This document shows positions 25,301-39,755 of a DNA stretch of 64,000 nucleotides, piece after piece (position 1 is the stretch's first letter; the number at the start of each line of letters is the position of its first letter). This stretch comes from Hydrolagus colliei. Lineage: Eukaryota. Position numbers and translations under genes: made by a program. Below the pieces are notes generated by a model. The model was given only the letters and a program-made list of their open reading frames with translations. It had not been told where the DNA came from and made no database searches. The stretch lies in the NCBI GenBank assembly GCA_035084275.1, contig CM068749.1, positions 12,710,001 through 12,774,000 of the forward strand, written 5' to 3'.

Positions 25301-27542
25301 GATGTTTTGGGAGAATGTATGAAATGAGTAAGATGGCAATTTATCTTTGAATACAGCATTGGCTCCAAATGAACTATCTTATTGTAATTCTATTAAAAGT
25401 AAGTTATTTAATTTCTAGTTTGGATTGAATCTTTGTTTAGCGTGTGACTGTCAGTGAGGTTTTGTCTAAATAACTCTAAATAACCCACTGACTCACTGTT
25501 TCTCTTGTAGGAAGCTTGTTGTAGGCTCATGCAGACCGATTAATATTTCCATTGTTTGCTGGGGGATTTGTTGTCTGTCTGCCAAAGTCTTTTCTTTCAA
25601 ACGTTGAATTTGAGGCATTCGAACAAAACTTCAGCACCTATGGATACAAACGATGAATATAAATACAGGTGTTAAATGTCTGCAATAGAGGTGCATCTTG
25701 TGGAATTGTTAACAGGAACATGTAATTTTAACATGAAGTAAAAGTATTCATCTCTTCCACAACAATGCAGATCTTTGAATTCTGTATCAAGGATGAGTGT
25801 TTGCCCTTCCAATCTGGATGGACTTAATGTTAAATAAATCAAATTCCAGGCCTGCATAAGTTAAAAGAGATGATAAAAATACAAAATTTCCTTTTAAATA
25901 ACCTTAGTTTAAAATATCCCTTACCTTCTGAATGATAAATAGCTTTGCATGGGTGTTTCTTTTGAAGTTCAGTACTAAGTTCCCTTTAGCACATTTTAAT
26001 TTCTTGAGACGTTAGACTTGATCTTTAATATGTGCAGCAGTACTAACAGTGATTGAGATTTGTAATCCATTCCACTAAAATTATTTATTTTCATCAGCGG
26101 TGATGTAAAATTGATACCACTGGAATGAATATTAAAATCTTAATTGGAATATACTTACCCTGCATTTCTGCACCTGCACCAACATTCATTGTGCTCGGGA
26201 GAAATGCTCAGACATATGTCGTGTACGATTTGTTGGGTTATTTTCCAGGTCAAAGCCACATTTTGAAGGTTGTGGGGGGTGAGAGAGAAATGAGAGAAAA
26301 ACTGCTGCAAATTCATGTCAGTCAACACCTAAACTGCCAAGGAAATTTGCTTCAAATTTTTTTTATATATCCTAAAACCAATAGAGGGATAGTCATTGCA
26401 ATACTGAAGTACATCAGCACAATGTCATGCCCCCAGTGTTTTGTGGATTGGCATCACTTTTACTTGTGAACAAATTAACTATTGTCACTTACAGTTAGAT
26501 CAATGTTACAAATGAGATCAATCTTTCAAAGCTTATCACTTTGACCACTTGCCAAAAGGGGGAAAGGTTGACAGTGACCACAATGTATTTTAAGATGTTT
26601 ACTCTTTAAAACAAAAATTCCAGTCTTAAATGGAATTTACCAGAAATTACTTTCTGTTATGTATCTAAGTTTAATCATGAACTTTAAGATACAGGACCAA
26701 ATAGTTTAAAATTAAATTGGTGCCCTCAAGTCTCAATTTATATTGCTATTTAGTTGTTGATTAAATGCTGAAACAGCAGAATTGACTTTAACCATGCAGG
26801 ATAAATAGGGTATTAGTAACAGGTTGAATTGCAGATGAAGCTCGCAAATAGGCTATTTTTAAAGAATGATCTGATGAGGTTCAATAAATTGTCAGACCAT
26901 CCATTTTGTGAGCCACGTTTTACCAACAGTGCTTTTGTATATTCTGTTGAGAAACATCCATTCGTAACACAAAAATTACTCCATTTATGCTTGGCCTCCT
27001 CAGGGTTAGTGTCATATTTTCTAAACCAAAACAATAATTTTTTTCAGGAAATACAACATTCTTGGAGTAAGCTAAGTGTTGTAATTCTGCCTCTTTCTTT
27101 AGGTTTTGCAAAATAACATTCATTACTGAAAGTGTACCAGACCTGCTTAATGCAACATGTTGTGATTTGAAAGCTGTAGAATTTTCAGATCCTGAAGGTA
27201 CAATTCACAATAAGACTGCAATGTGAAGAAATGCCTGCACTTGTTATGGTATCATGTCATGCATGTTCACGCAGGGATTTATCAGTCTAAGCTGCAGTGC
27301 TTATAAAATCCTGATGCTGATGTTTATCTCCCAGCCATACCATCCTTGTTCATGTCTCACTTCCGCTGAGGAAAGAAGACAACAAATCTGGAAGGGATAT
27401 TTCTATAGATGTCATAATTCAGATTATACTAAAGTTGATTCTTTCCCTCTTGTTCCCTCCAACCTCAAGTGAGAGAGTCAATATTTCTCCATCTCTCTCC
27501 CTTGTTGCTTCCACAAGTGAGTTTAAGACTTTTCATCTCGGT

Positions 27543-27800
27543 GGGTTCAATTTCTGGCGCTGGATTAAATTCACAGCGAACATCTTATATAAAATTGAAT
27601 TATCCACAATGGATACAATTGGTTTCCTTCCCTTAATGTATTAAATGAATGGAAATGTGAAGTCTTAATACGGTGGTACTGTACTTGACAGGCTTGGCAA
27701 TAGGGGAAATTTGGGGAGAAATTCCCCCTGGGTATAAATTTACTCTGTTCAAGTAGCACTTTGGAGCATGAATAATCTAGCAAATTGTTGAATTCAGCCC
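27543..27800. mobile_element. Possible decayed MITE (Harbinger-like termini)
   Basis: gggttcaatt..ctggattaaattca versus tgaataatctag..gaattcagccc followed by taa; imperfect inverted termini. Confidence 0.3.
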
Positions 27801-28304
27801 TAATTCTGAAGTAAGTTTATTTAAAACACACAGAAAACTGTCTTAAAACCAAAGCTGAAATTTAAGAATTTGCCATATTTTAATTGCTCTGAAATGCTAC
27901 ATAAACATAGTAAATGACTTCTCCACAGCAGTCTTATCAAGGCTGCACTTTACTTACTTTGTGAAAGCTAGTTAATATTGGAAAAGCAGGCAATTAAAAA
28001 TTTACCCTTTTCCATTTTGTTCAGTCGCATACGTTCTATTTAAGCTGTTCCATTGTTCAAGTCTGTTCCACATTCCGATTATCTTTTCCGCCAACCTCTG
28101 TGAAAAAAAATTACTGCAGAAGTTAATATTTCACAGATCAATATCTTTCTGTACTAAGTCGTATGTGCAGACATTTTTTTAGTGAAGCATGACCATCACG
28201 AGATAACATAAATTGAGGATTATTGTCAGAAAAATGTTTTTATATATACAGTAGATTAGAAGATGCTTGATACTTGCACACAGATACACACACATAGTGG
28301 GTTG

Positions 28305-28492
28305 TCAGCATATAAAATTCTGTCACAAATGGCTGTTCCTAAACTCAGTTCATCATGCATTTGAAAGGGATTTAGTAAATACTTGAACAGCGAATGATAG
28401 ATGGTAGATATTGGAGAGCTTTGATAGCACTAGTATAGACACAAAATATTGAATGAGCTCGTTCTGTGCTGTAAACTTTCTGATTCTATGAG
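28305..28492 (+). mobile_element. CR1 3' end, degraded
   Basis: gcatttgaaagggatttagtaaatacttg...gaatgagctcgttctgtgctgtaaactttctgattctatga. Confidence 0.65.
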
Positions 28493-28771
28493 CAAATAGT
28501 GTTACCGCCATTTAAACACCACATTGGAAAGTCTGTTAGCCACTGACTACTGACTTATCCATAAATCAGTATTTACAACAATACATCAGCACTGTATTTC
28601 CAATGAGTGGTCACGTTGATTGCTTTTGAAGGTATTTGTGCCTTGCATGATAGCCACATGATAACCCTTCAGGATAAAAACAACAAAACAGCCATTGTAA
28701 TCTCTCCAACCAAGAAGAGCCACCTGCAATACTTGGTCATGTGGCATAAGAGAAGGAAGTTCCCTGTGAGT

Positions 28772-28832
28772 CATGAAGTGCTTTAAGACACCGATGTGAA
28801 AGGTGCTAAATCTAATTCAAGGATTATTATTT
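28772..28832 (+). mobile_element. SINE tail fragment
   Basis: tgaagtgcttt..gtgaaaggtgcta..caaggattattatt. Confidence 0.6.
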
Positions 28833-29149
28833 TTTTCAATTCACGTTTTTAAACATCTTGAAGAGAGTGTCACTTTTACCTCATGGCATTGCTTCAAAAT
28901 TCCACCAGTAATTGCCATTAATAACCGTTTAACCCGAGGGCAGGGTATATTACGTTACAATGAACGCACCAGTAACTTTTGGGAGTTAATTGAGGTCAGT
29001 TTTTTTATGGTTTGCTTTGCAGGCCACTTGTTTGAAATGTATTGTTTCAGATAAAAAGGTCTTGTCAAAAATATTAAAAAGTAAGGAACACCCAAGCTAA
29101 ATCTTTCATTTTGCTCAGTCACATTGCATGGCTACCCATTAAGGGAAAA

Positions 29150-29372
29150 GGCTGAGTTCAAGTGCAGTGTTGGGGGGAAGAGTTGTATTGCTGGAGGTGC
29201 AATCCTTTGGATGAGATGCTAAACTGTGGACCCAAAGACCTGTTCAGGTGGACATAAAAGATCCCCATAGCACGAAAAGCAAAGTCCTGATGTCCTGGTC
29301 AGCAATCCCCTAAATAAAATTGGTCATTCATTTCATAGCTCACTGTGGGACATTGCTGTGTGCAGGTTAGCT
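29150..29372 (+). mobile_element. Deu-domain SINE fragment
   Basis: gtgcagtgttggggg..ggaggtgc..ctttggatgagatgctaaac..caggtggacataaaagatcccc..gtcctggtcagcaatccc..tgtgggacattgctgtgtgca. Confidence 0.8.
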
Positions 29373-30775
29373 CAAAGGCCTTTCTGGGGTTGAATTAACC
29401 AAACCATAAAATGTTGCCATTCTCCTGTTTTGATCTATGTAGTAATTGTGTTGAGCAAACCACAATAGTTGACACCCGACAGGGTTTGACAGTAGCAAGC
29501 TACCAATTTATTGCTACAGTATATTGAGATCCACACCTCAATGCTGCATTTCTTCTGCAACTGGGTAGCAAATTACTGTGATTTCAACAGGCTTTGGTAA
29601 ACGGGGTATAAATGGAGCTGAGGTGGTGCGGATCTGTCTGAAGCTCGGCTCCTGAAATCACCTGGAGGTATTGGTTTCAGGTGCAGTGTACATCCCACCA
29701 GCTGCAGTATAACTTGGTAGATGGGCATTGCAGGGGGTTAAAATTCTCCAGTCTGTTAAAATGTTTCAGGTAGTCGATTAACTGCCCACAAACTTTATTT
29801 TCATCCTGACATTAATGCTATCAAAGAACCAGTGATGCAACCAGAACTTCAATAACATTACTGCCCAACTTGATATTCTACAATTACAGTTAGAGTATAT
29901 GAGACAATAAATTGAGCTTCTCATTCACATTGCTGTGCACACAGAAGCACAATATTGGTCAATTCTGAATGCTCAAAAATATTTTCACATCCATCTGAAA
30001 AAGCTGATTCGATTTTACTTTGCAACTAAGCAAGGATCCAGACTCCTCAGCCTATTGTGCTTAAACTTGCTGTACCTCACGGTGTGCAATGATATATAAT
30101 GGTGACTCATTTAGAAAAGACCGAGGCAGCAGAAGGTACAGCAGATGTACTCTCTATAGGCACACCGTGTATGTATGTGATTCTGTTCCCAGAGACCTTT
30201 CTGCTCCTTTGGAACTGTGAGAACACTCAGGTGATGAGACTGACAGCCAAGTCAAACTGCATGCCCTCGGGGAAGTGCTGGCTCCACATGCGCAGCCCTC
30301 CAGAGGCATTGCAAGCAAATCCGAGACACTGAGTCTGCTGCACAAATAGCAACAAGGGGCTCAGCTGCAGCCAATACCATCAAACAGTGACTGTCTGCAG
30401 CCTGGAGTCATTTACTAGGTGTGGGATTGCAGCAGACTGAAAATGGAGACTCACGGAAGTTTCAAGTATCTGTGGATTGCTGCTTTTGATCATTTTAGAC
30501 CCCCTTGGTTGATCCATTCTTAGCTAATGACATTAAACTTTTTATGGTTTCAGTTTCCAACTGTGTCTTATCCCACTTCCTGCACTACATCAGACAGCTA
30601 CTGGTTTCAGATAACCCCAAACTCATCGCATTGATGAACAGATTTTTTTAAAAGCACAGTAGAATTAACCTATAGTATTCCATAAAATACAGTTTACGTG
30701 GATATTATTCATGCTATGGCTGTGTTTCAAAGTATATGATGGTCCCAGATATTCAGAAGTGTAATAGACTTCTGG

Positions 30776-30968
30776 TAATAATAATACAGTAGTAATAATA
30801 ATAATAATCCTTGCATTTGATATAGCGCCTTATCACATCTCCTAGACGTCCTAAAGCAATTCACAGAATATACTGGCAAATGAATTGACTGTATATTTTG
30901 TGACTGACAGAAACAGTGTGACATCACTGATATAATAATAATCCTTGCATTTGACACAGCACCTTCTC
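30776..30968 (-). mobile_element. Two adjacent SINE 3' tails
   Basis: ataataataatccttgcatttga occurs at ~30798 and ~30932. Confidence 0.85.
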
Positions 30969-32054
30969 ATTTAATGTTAATTATTTAATGTAAATCACTT
31001 GATATTAATTATTAGCACTGCAATCTTCCCCGTATCAGTCGTCATCTTTGATTATGTTGAGGCTTTTCAGACAGCAGGATAGTCTGCATGAATACAAAGA
31101 ATTGAAGTCAAAGTACTCCGTGGGAGCACGGAATGGCTGGGCAGCAATAAATATTCGATGACACGTGTAGTTCCATCATTAGATCCTTATGTAGATCGTC
31201 AGTAACAACAGATTTACTTCTACTTCAAGAAAAATGCGTAAGTCTTTCTCTACTCAAAATAGATTTCAGCAACATTAAAACCAATACCTGATGAGAAAAT
31301 GGTGCATTTCTTTGCTTGGTGTTATTACTTGGCTAAATGTTATAATGTTGTGGCTGAAAGCAATGAATCCCCTTTGGAAGCAATGGCATTGTTTGCAAAC
31401 TCTCCCCCTGGAGATGCATATTGCAAAGGACTTCACTCAGTGAATCTGACTGTACTTGAAAGCGGCTTCTCCGTGCATAAAATTTACTGCCTGCCTGAAC
31501 TGCTTCTCATTTGCTTTTAGATTACTCCATTGCTGTTGTAAGCAAGTTTCTTTCTAGCAATAGAATACAACAAGACCTAGGTAATCTATTAGTATTTTGT
31601 CCTGTAAATCAAGTGGGAGACTCAACTAAGGGAGACTCTTATGACAAAAGTATTGTCATGAGGTAAGGTATCTTTCCAGAAACGTTGTTGTGTTTGTAAA
31701 CGGAGATCTGGATGATGAATCAATCATGCACTCAACTGTCATCATATTGTCAATTGTGTCCACGGCTATACATTTGTGAACGAGATGCATGTTGCAAAGG
31801 TTTGCCCTGCAGGTGCTCTGGAGTCCACCTTCTGACTGGATCAAGAACTATACTCCATCTCTTTAACAGCATGATCTTGTTCAAACATCTTAGACGAGGA
31901 ATTAATCATACTTTCAGATGCTCAGACGCACTTTCTTTCCACGCAAAGAAAGATGAACAATTGGGTATTGCAAACATCATGAAGAAACATTCATTGACCT
32001 GCTGCAGTTTTTTAAAAAAACAATACACAAGCTCCCATTTGTCGTTCATAGGAT

Positions 32055-32254
32055 ATTATGATCATCCAGAACTCTACAGCCCATATCCTCTCCCGCACCA
32101 GGCTCCATGACTCTATCACTTTCATTCTTGCCCGACTCCAGTAGCTTCTCATCACACAGAGAATACAATTCAAGATCCTGATCCACACTCTCAAAACCCT
32201 CCATAGCATCTGGCCATGAAAGGTGCTGTACAATTGTAATTTTGTTGTTGTTGT
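32055..32254 (+). mobile_element. L2 fragment with internal deletion
   Basis: IIQNSTAHILSRTRLHDSITFILARLQ*LLITQRIQFKILIHTLKTLH matches the L2 QNxAARxxxxxxxxxHITPxLxxLHWLPxxxRIxFK motif; jumps directly to the (TTG)n tail. Confidence 0.8.
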
Positions 32255-32624
32255 ATTAAGATTTTGTAAGGATCAAGTAGTTGTTTGAAATTATTGTACA
32301 CTTGTATCAAACATTAAGCCAGTGTAAGTCAGAAATGACGCAGAATGGTTTGCCCTTATGAACCGACTGTCATTATCAGCTTTTCCACATTGGTGTTCAG
32401 TAAGGTCAGTGAGCCATCATGTTTAATGGTTTGGAGTAAAGCTGCAATTTCACAATCTTTAACCAGACTACACTGGACCTTTTTTATTTAAAAATCAATC
32501 ACTTAGTTAAAATTTGAAAAAAACAGAAAAGGGATTTCAAGAAAAAATGGTTCAGGGATACAACATTCATTAATTGTAGTTTCCTACAAAGAGGATGGAT
32601 GTGAGCTAGTATATAATATAATTA

Positions 32625-32756
32625 GCTGCACAAATTGGCTGCCATATTCACTGACAAAATACAGTCATGGCATTTTGTAGTATATTCTGTGAAGTGATTT
32701 TAGATGTCTCTATAATGTGATAAGGTGTTGGATCAAATACAAGGATTATTATTATT
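32625..32756 (+). mobile_element. SINE 3' fragment
   Basis: cacaaattggctgcc..tattctgtgaagtg..caaggattattattatt. Confidence 0.75.
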
Positions 32757-35389
32757 AAATGATGATTGAGTGGTTTGAATTCTCTGAATTGTGATAAGAA
32801 TACAAATCATGTACAGACAAGAGTATAATGTTTAGCTATGAAACAGGGTACTGTATATATTCTGTTGTGAGGCTGATCTCAACCCACTAATGCATTTTAA
32901 CTTGTATTTCCTGCCTGATAATATTTCTTTACCAACAACATATAAAATAAAAGGACAGTCTTTTCGGGAATAGAAACCTGTGCACCAATATAGTACTCAG
33001 GACCTCCTACCTTTGACAGTTTCTAAGAAAATCCATGCTGGCTTCCCAAATTCCAACCAGTTCTGCTCCAGGCATATTAAGTGGGAAGCACATGTCAGCC
33101 CATAGAATGAGGAAGCCGCCTTGTGACAGTTTTTTTCAGGCTGTCCGTTGTGTCCAAAACACAACGGCTAAGACTGAGAAACTGGCAACACTTATCACAC
33201 AGATAGCCTTGCATTACTGCCACAGACATGAATCAAACTCCTAACCTCTATATCTCGAAGCATTTTAAAGCGAGCTTATTTTTGCACTGGGTAATTTGGG
33301 GTTTCACTATATGTGCTTAAATTATCTCATAATTTTCTCCAGAGAGGAGCTGTTGCTGCAATAGACTCTTTCAAAAGTTAGAACTATTGTTTAATGCATG
33401 TATGGTATTGAGATACCAACATTGAAAATTATGTACACTTTTAGGGTTAACAGGAAAGTATTTATTCTTTCCTGAGCAGGAGTCAGCTTGTCAGCCCTAT
33501 TCATTGGAAATATAAGCACAAAATCATTGGTCATTCCCATCGCACATCACGGTTTTCAATTTTTATGTGGAAATTAGAAAAAGAAAATGAGTCAACGAAT
33601 TGATCATAAACCTAAATGCTGCCAGTGGTCTGGCTCCAAATGGAATCGGTCCCAAGGTGGTGCGTCTGTCTACGGATTTGCTAATTTACCTCTTCAAGCT
33701 TGGGTGACACAGATAGACAGTTCTGAGTTTGCATGTGGCTGGCGGTATAGCAGCAGAGAAGAGCAATGCACACCAATTGCCTTCTGAACCACAAAGGAAT
33801 TTCCAATTTGTAAATCTTACAAAATATGTCTGAACTTTCAAGTTCATGTGAGTGCACTCGTTCCTGTGAGAGAGCACTTCAGTCACGCTACAGGTCTAAT
33901 CTTAGCCTGCAAAAAAACATTTTGCCTTCAAATTTAAGATCACTTAGAAATTTGGGACCGTATAAATTCAATCTCAATTTGGAAGCTGGTTCCTTTCAAT
34001 AGCTACACAAAAAATGGCAGCAAATTAAAACTGAATTTAAGGATATTATATTTAAAAACAAAGGGTCTTGGCTGAGGTAGAATTTCAGGCCACAGTTTCA
34101 GATTACACATTGACCCTTACATGCTTTTATAAAATTGGTTTGATCTACCAGGAAATGATAAATTTATGTCAGTGTTAAATATAGATTTTGATGATTTTTA
34201 CCTAAGCATCCATTTATGGTGCAGTCCAAATGACTTTACAATAGACATTCAATGAAGCAGGTTGCTATTTTTTGTAGTTTTTGACTCACCTGTAATTATT
34301 ACATAATTATATGTAAGTACTGTGATAAATATTAATGGTAGGAAAGGCTGAATAATAAATCTTGACAATGGTTGGTTACGTACATTTTACACAACAGGAT
34401 TTGAATATCTTTGTGTTTGCCTAGAAGAGTATTTTGCGTATTAAATATGTAGAGCGAGTTATTCGCTTAATCTTAGTCCTCTATTAATGCCATTTGAGTA
34501 GTACAGTAAGAAGTGCATCAAGTCGACCTGGGATTGAGCCTCCTTCTGCTTTCCCCTTTCCACTTTCTGAGCTCATTGGGAGGTTTCAGCCTGTGCTTCA
34601 CTACAATAACATGGCTGAGATCAGCAGTTGAACACTGCTGAGGAATTCATCTTGCAGTCCTGCTGTCAGGGTGCAGTTTGTTGGATTACTCATCAGCACC
34701 ATTGCCCCAGCTTTGCATGGCGGTTTGTAAATCCTGTAAGGATTAACAGATTACAGTTTCCAAATAACAAACATGTTTTCCATTGCATCCTCCAGAGTTC
34801 AACTAGTTTCTCAGTAATTACGCAGTTGATTACATTATGAGCAAACTCCAGTGTAAAGATACAGAATGTGGGCTGCGAATGTCATTTCAAGAACAAGCAA
34901 AGCGGAGTCTTATAATTGTCCTCCAGGACATTGCACAGTACCATTCTGTACCATGTGCAAGCGAAAAAGATGAGTATTTAGTACTCAAAGGTGGAATTAA
35001 GTGGTTTGGCTGCGACAGATTTGAAGTATAAAATGCTTGTTTTAGAGCTTAAAAGATTATGTATCTTAATTGAGTTATTTTTGCAAACTACAATTTTTGT
35101 TTAAAACATTTTTTTGCAATTCCTTTTAAATCGGATAAAATATACATGTATTTTGCAAGCATTTTTAAAATTACTTTTTACACTTCCGTCTCGCATGCTA
35201 ACTCTGAGAAAGCCAGCATTGTCCAATATAAGATGTTCACACAGTGTGATGAATAGATTATAGCAAGTTATTTTTTTCTTCTCTTCTGAAACAGTGTCTC
35301 ACTACAGCAAAGCACTCCTTCTGATAGGCTGGCTGCACACGGAAGGAGTTAACCACACAATTACCTGTAGGTTTCAGTAGATTGGGTAT

Positions 35390-35638
35390 CAATTCTGCCT
35401 GTTCGAGTGGATGATGAAGATTCCATGGCACGACTCAAAAAGAGAAGGGCCAACAATCCCCCAAATAAAATTAATCATTTACTTCATGGCTTTTTGTAGG
35501 ACATTGCTGTACACAAATTGGCTGACGTATTTGCCTACAAATACACAGTGACTACACTTTACAATAAAATCCTGTGAAGCACTTTGAGACGGCTAAATGC
35601 TGTAATAAGGTGCTATATCAAATGCAACGATTATTATA
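35390..35638 (+). mobile_element. Deu-domain SINE 3' part
   Basis: ctgcctgttcgagtggatgatgaagattccatggcac..ggccaacaatccc..ggacattgctgtacacaaattggctg..ggtgctatatcaaatgcaacgattatta. Confidence 0.8.
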
Positions 35639-36683
35639 TTCAAAGCCATAGTCTAGATACAGACAGTGTGTGCATGTGTTTTGGATAAGACAACTTGGTT
35701 GGTACTCAAAGGTTAATGCAAGGTTTGCTTTTTGAGAAACAAAATATCATTGGACATGCCAATCTTTGTCGAGAGAGAAAGCTATTTATCACCTGTCAGG
35801 ATTTGTAACGGAACTGACATTTTATATTTAATTACATGCTTAGCTGACATTGAATTTAATTTAAAAGGATTGTTTGCATTCTTTCCCCAACATTTGATGT
35901 GTATTTCAATGTTTCCATGGCTCCGGTAGGCAAAGTATCACTAAAATGCAATGTTCAAGAAGTAATTTTCAGGATGCACAAATCAATTCGCTCAGCGGGG
36001 GTTGAGATCGCTATATAAAATAAATATTTCTCCCATTTCTTCATATTCTAAATTGCTTTAGAAGGGAACATAGTGTTTACATAAAGTGCTGGATTGCATT
36101 TTATGGGGATAGGGAGAACTCTTCCCGCCCTCCATCCAACCCCCCCCCTCACCCCCCCCCCCACCTGCCCACTCCTTCCCCACACTCATTAAGACACTGG
36201 TACTGAATTGAAGAGATTTATGAACCTAATCTGCCTCTTTCTCCCATAATTTATGGTACAAACCAGGCCTACTACTCTTCTTGCTCATGATAAAGGATGT
36301 ATATTGTATTGACTGTTGTACTATAGCGTATAATTATTGGTGTACAGTAAGTTAGCTGGTGCTTTGCATTCAAGCAACTATACATAAATGACAACTTTTA
36401 TGTGACCATTTTCCCCAAAGGAAGTAACTCATAATGATAAAAAGATGTTAGCTTTTATATAGAGATTGATAAAAGCACACCCATTTCAAATGGTTTAGCA
36501 AATTTTTTATTGGCTGAGAGGAAGGGACTGAAGTTTTTTTTAATTGGAATCCCCCCACACCACCATCATTACCACGCTGGTCAGGAAATTGTGGCAGTAG
36601 AGAAATGGTAAGATGATTTGACACTCACAAGGGTTCAGTGGAAATCTACCTGTATAATCAGGTATAGACCAAAATGTGTTTCA

Positions 36684-36810
36684 TAATAATAATTAAGCCT
36701 TGCGTTTGATATTCTGCCTTATGGTGTCAAAGAGTTCTAAATGTATTTGTAGGTGAATGCAGCAGCTAATTTACACACAATTTTCATGAAGTGAATGACC
36801 ATTTTTTCCC
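36684..36810 (-). mobile_element. Degraded SINE 3' fragment
   Basis: ataataat..ccttgcgtttgatat..tgtaggtgaatgcagcagctaattt..gaagtgaatgacca. Confidence 0.55.
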
Positions 36811-39755
36811 TCACCATCATGACAAAGGTATTAAAAAGACCAATTTGGGAGAAACCACTGAGTGATCTTTAAACAACATCCCTTCTAGTTTGCCTTTAAT
36901 TTGCTCATCCTTTCCTTTGATTTTCTCATGCTTCCAATATATGGAACCATTTTCCATTCAATGTGGTAGTTGGGAGGTTTGATGAATAGGTTTGCCTGTT
37001 TGCGAGATCCTGCAAGATTTATAAAGATTCACACACTATTGTTTCATTCACACGCTGTTGTTTATATTTTCCCCTTCTTCAAATTATGGGACACAATGAG
37101 ATAATATGACCTTTACTTGGAGTTTTACTGCAAGATGAGGGGTGGGGCAAACTAAACGAACCAGGTGTAAGATTTAAAATCTTTTTTTAATAATCCGAAA
37201 GAGACTGTTTTCAAACATGACTCATGCGCTGGGCAGTTTCAAATCCTGGGCCATTCAAAACAAAGTCATGATTAATGTTGTGGTGAGTTTTAAAGGAATG
37301 TTAATCACACATTACATCCACTGATACTGGTAATAACAACATAGCAAAATCGTAAAGTGTACCTCCAGAAAAATGCTTTGAATCAAACTAATGCTGTCAT
37401 TATCACAGACCCTGGACATGTTCCACATGAATAGAACAGGGCAGACATGTTTGGGCATTTATCAGCGAGGAATGGAATGATTCAGATGCAGTCATTGTAT
37501 AAAATGGAGCATTATGACTAAATACAATGAGCTCTGACAGCAAGGAAGGCACTGACTGCTGCAAAATAGCTTTTTGGCTGATGGTGGTGTTTGATAACTG
37601 GTTCCAATTGCGCGAGAGAATTTTTACGTATTTTGAATTCTCTCCATAGTGCAGAACTGGCCCACAGACAGTTTCAGCAAAAAAAAAGTTCTTTATTTAT
37701 AATTCATGCAGTTCAGAAGATACCCAGCTTTCTGCAACCGACCTAACTTGTTTTACAACCAGTCTCGAAACCCAGTGATATTTCAAGCCAGTCAATCTCT
37801 CCCCACCCACCCCACCAGCCCACCAACTTGCCACTTTGAACTGTGATCCATGCAGTAACCTTTCTAGCATAAGGGTGTTGCCCAATTAGACAGAGGGTTA
37901 TCAATAACTTGCACATCTGTGATGGTTTCAATCGTATTTTTAGCCGGACAATTTCTGTGAGCCTGTCAGTCAGCCAAACAAAATTGCTTGACTGAACTTT
38001 TCATTTTTTTTTGCGAAACCCGAGCAGACAAAACTGTCAAACTTTGACAAATGCTGTCCTTTCAGGTTGAGGTTTTTTTTAAAAAGCTCTTGAGTTTCTT
38101 ACAGGAATCTGTTTTCTTCTGGTAACTGATTAATTCACATAAATCTTCAGAGAGTGCTCCCGGCAAAGAAAACAACTAGTTGATGTACAAGACTTAACCT
38201 AATGATAACCAGCACAAATTATTATAGCTTAGCATTTAGTAATCCAATTCAGTATCAACCGGTACTCTGACCTTATTGACCTGTGTTGTAGAGGCTTTTG
38301 GAGGTGCCGAAGCAGCAACCTTAGAGCCGTATTATAATATTGCAGGAAGCAGAAAGCTGGTAATAGATATTAAAGTACAAATTTCATTCTGAGCCTGCCA
38401 GGAAACCTCGTCTTCCTGTCACTTTGTGCGAGTCATTTTTTTTTCATTATAGGATGTCTTTTCAATCTTACGCTGTGGCTTTCATCAAACTTATATTTGA
38501 AGGATGTGATTAACTGGACAGCATATGTTGTGTTAATCTGAATGAACCAAATCAGAACAACCCAAAGCAGACAATCCAAAGTCCCTTTTACTGCTTTGTT
38601 CCACTTCCCCTCTCCCCCCACCCCACACACTTTTTTTTAGCATATCGGTATTATGTTGAAAACGATATTTGATCAATTTCTTTTCTGACTTAAGGTTTTT
38701 TTTAAAAAAAATCAATCAGAACTATGTGACAACGGTTGAAAGAAACCGATTTTTATGAAGTTCGATTCCAAAAGGATTCTGAGTTACTGATGTCACATCC
38801 AGTTAATGCCAGATCTTAAATTTCCCTGCTCCTGTGGTAAGGAAGTGGATTAAAAATTGATGAAAGCTACTCCTATAAAGATTGAAATGAAACACGACCC
38901 TCGCAATGATTTTAGAGTGCACAGTGCGAGATGTTACCAGGACATTATTATTGAATGCAACCCACATCCCTGGCTGCTAGAGACTCGTAGTCTGACCTAA
39001 CGTTTTCCAAACCAAACCTAGTCAAGTCTCACCAATCTCTGATTAATGTACTATCAAACCAACAGGCATTTGGAATACGGCGTAGGGTAGAATAATACCT
39101 CCAATCTCACAAGTTCCTCTATTGTATTTCATTTTATATTTATTAAACCTCTTCTGAGAGAATGGGGGCTGAAATTGATATGAGATCATTGACCACAAAA
39201 GTGGCCCAAGGGGAGATGTAGAAGTCGTCGAGAGAGATGGAAGATTTCACCGTGGAAGGAAACAGAGGAGTAAGTAAAGGAGATTAGAGGGTTGGTACTG
39301 TGCAGACGGACTGTAATGAGAGACTGGGGAATACAGCAAGGCGGTATTGTGACGGGGGTGAAAAAAACCCATCAACAAGTCTGCCATTTAAAGACCATTA
39401 TTAGAGCAGGCCATAGACTAGCAGTAATGTGACAGAGTTTGAAATTTCCACTTAAATTAAATTGGTGGCTTTTCGTTTTGTCGGTCGATGAATGGGTTAT
39501 TTGTTGATGAAGTATCTACTGTTCAGACAGTGAAACATTATGTCCGTCACATAATGAAGAGTTAGATTCAGTCGTGTTTACTCAAGCTTTCCTTTAATTC
39601 TGTTCAGAGTCAATTGGTGTGATTGTGCCACCTTGCTGTTTGGTTTAGAAGACCCGACCGACTAAGTTACGTTGTGTAAGGTATACAGTAAGGAAGGTTT
39701 GGCTTCAATTTGTTTTGGGGCTCAAATTATGCTAACTGTGATTTTATTTTCTTAC

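Noticed and set aside
31071-31237. Plus-strand exon
   Set aside because: Weak acceptor, internal stops, no supporting partner exons
34280-34320. Minus-strand recursive splice site (ttacag|gtgagt)
   Set aside because: No polypyrimidine tract upstream of the AG
34528-34595. Possible additional pre-miRNA hairpin
   Set aside because: Only ~13 bp of imperfect pairing with a large loop and no recognisable mature miRNA
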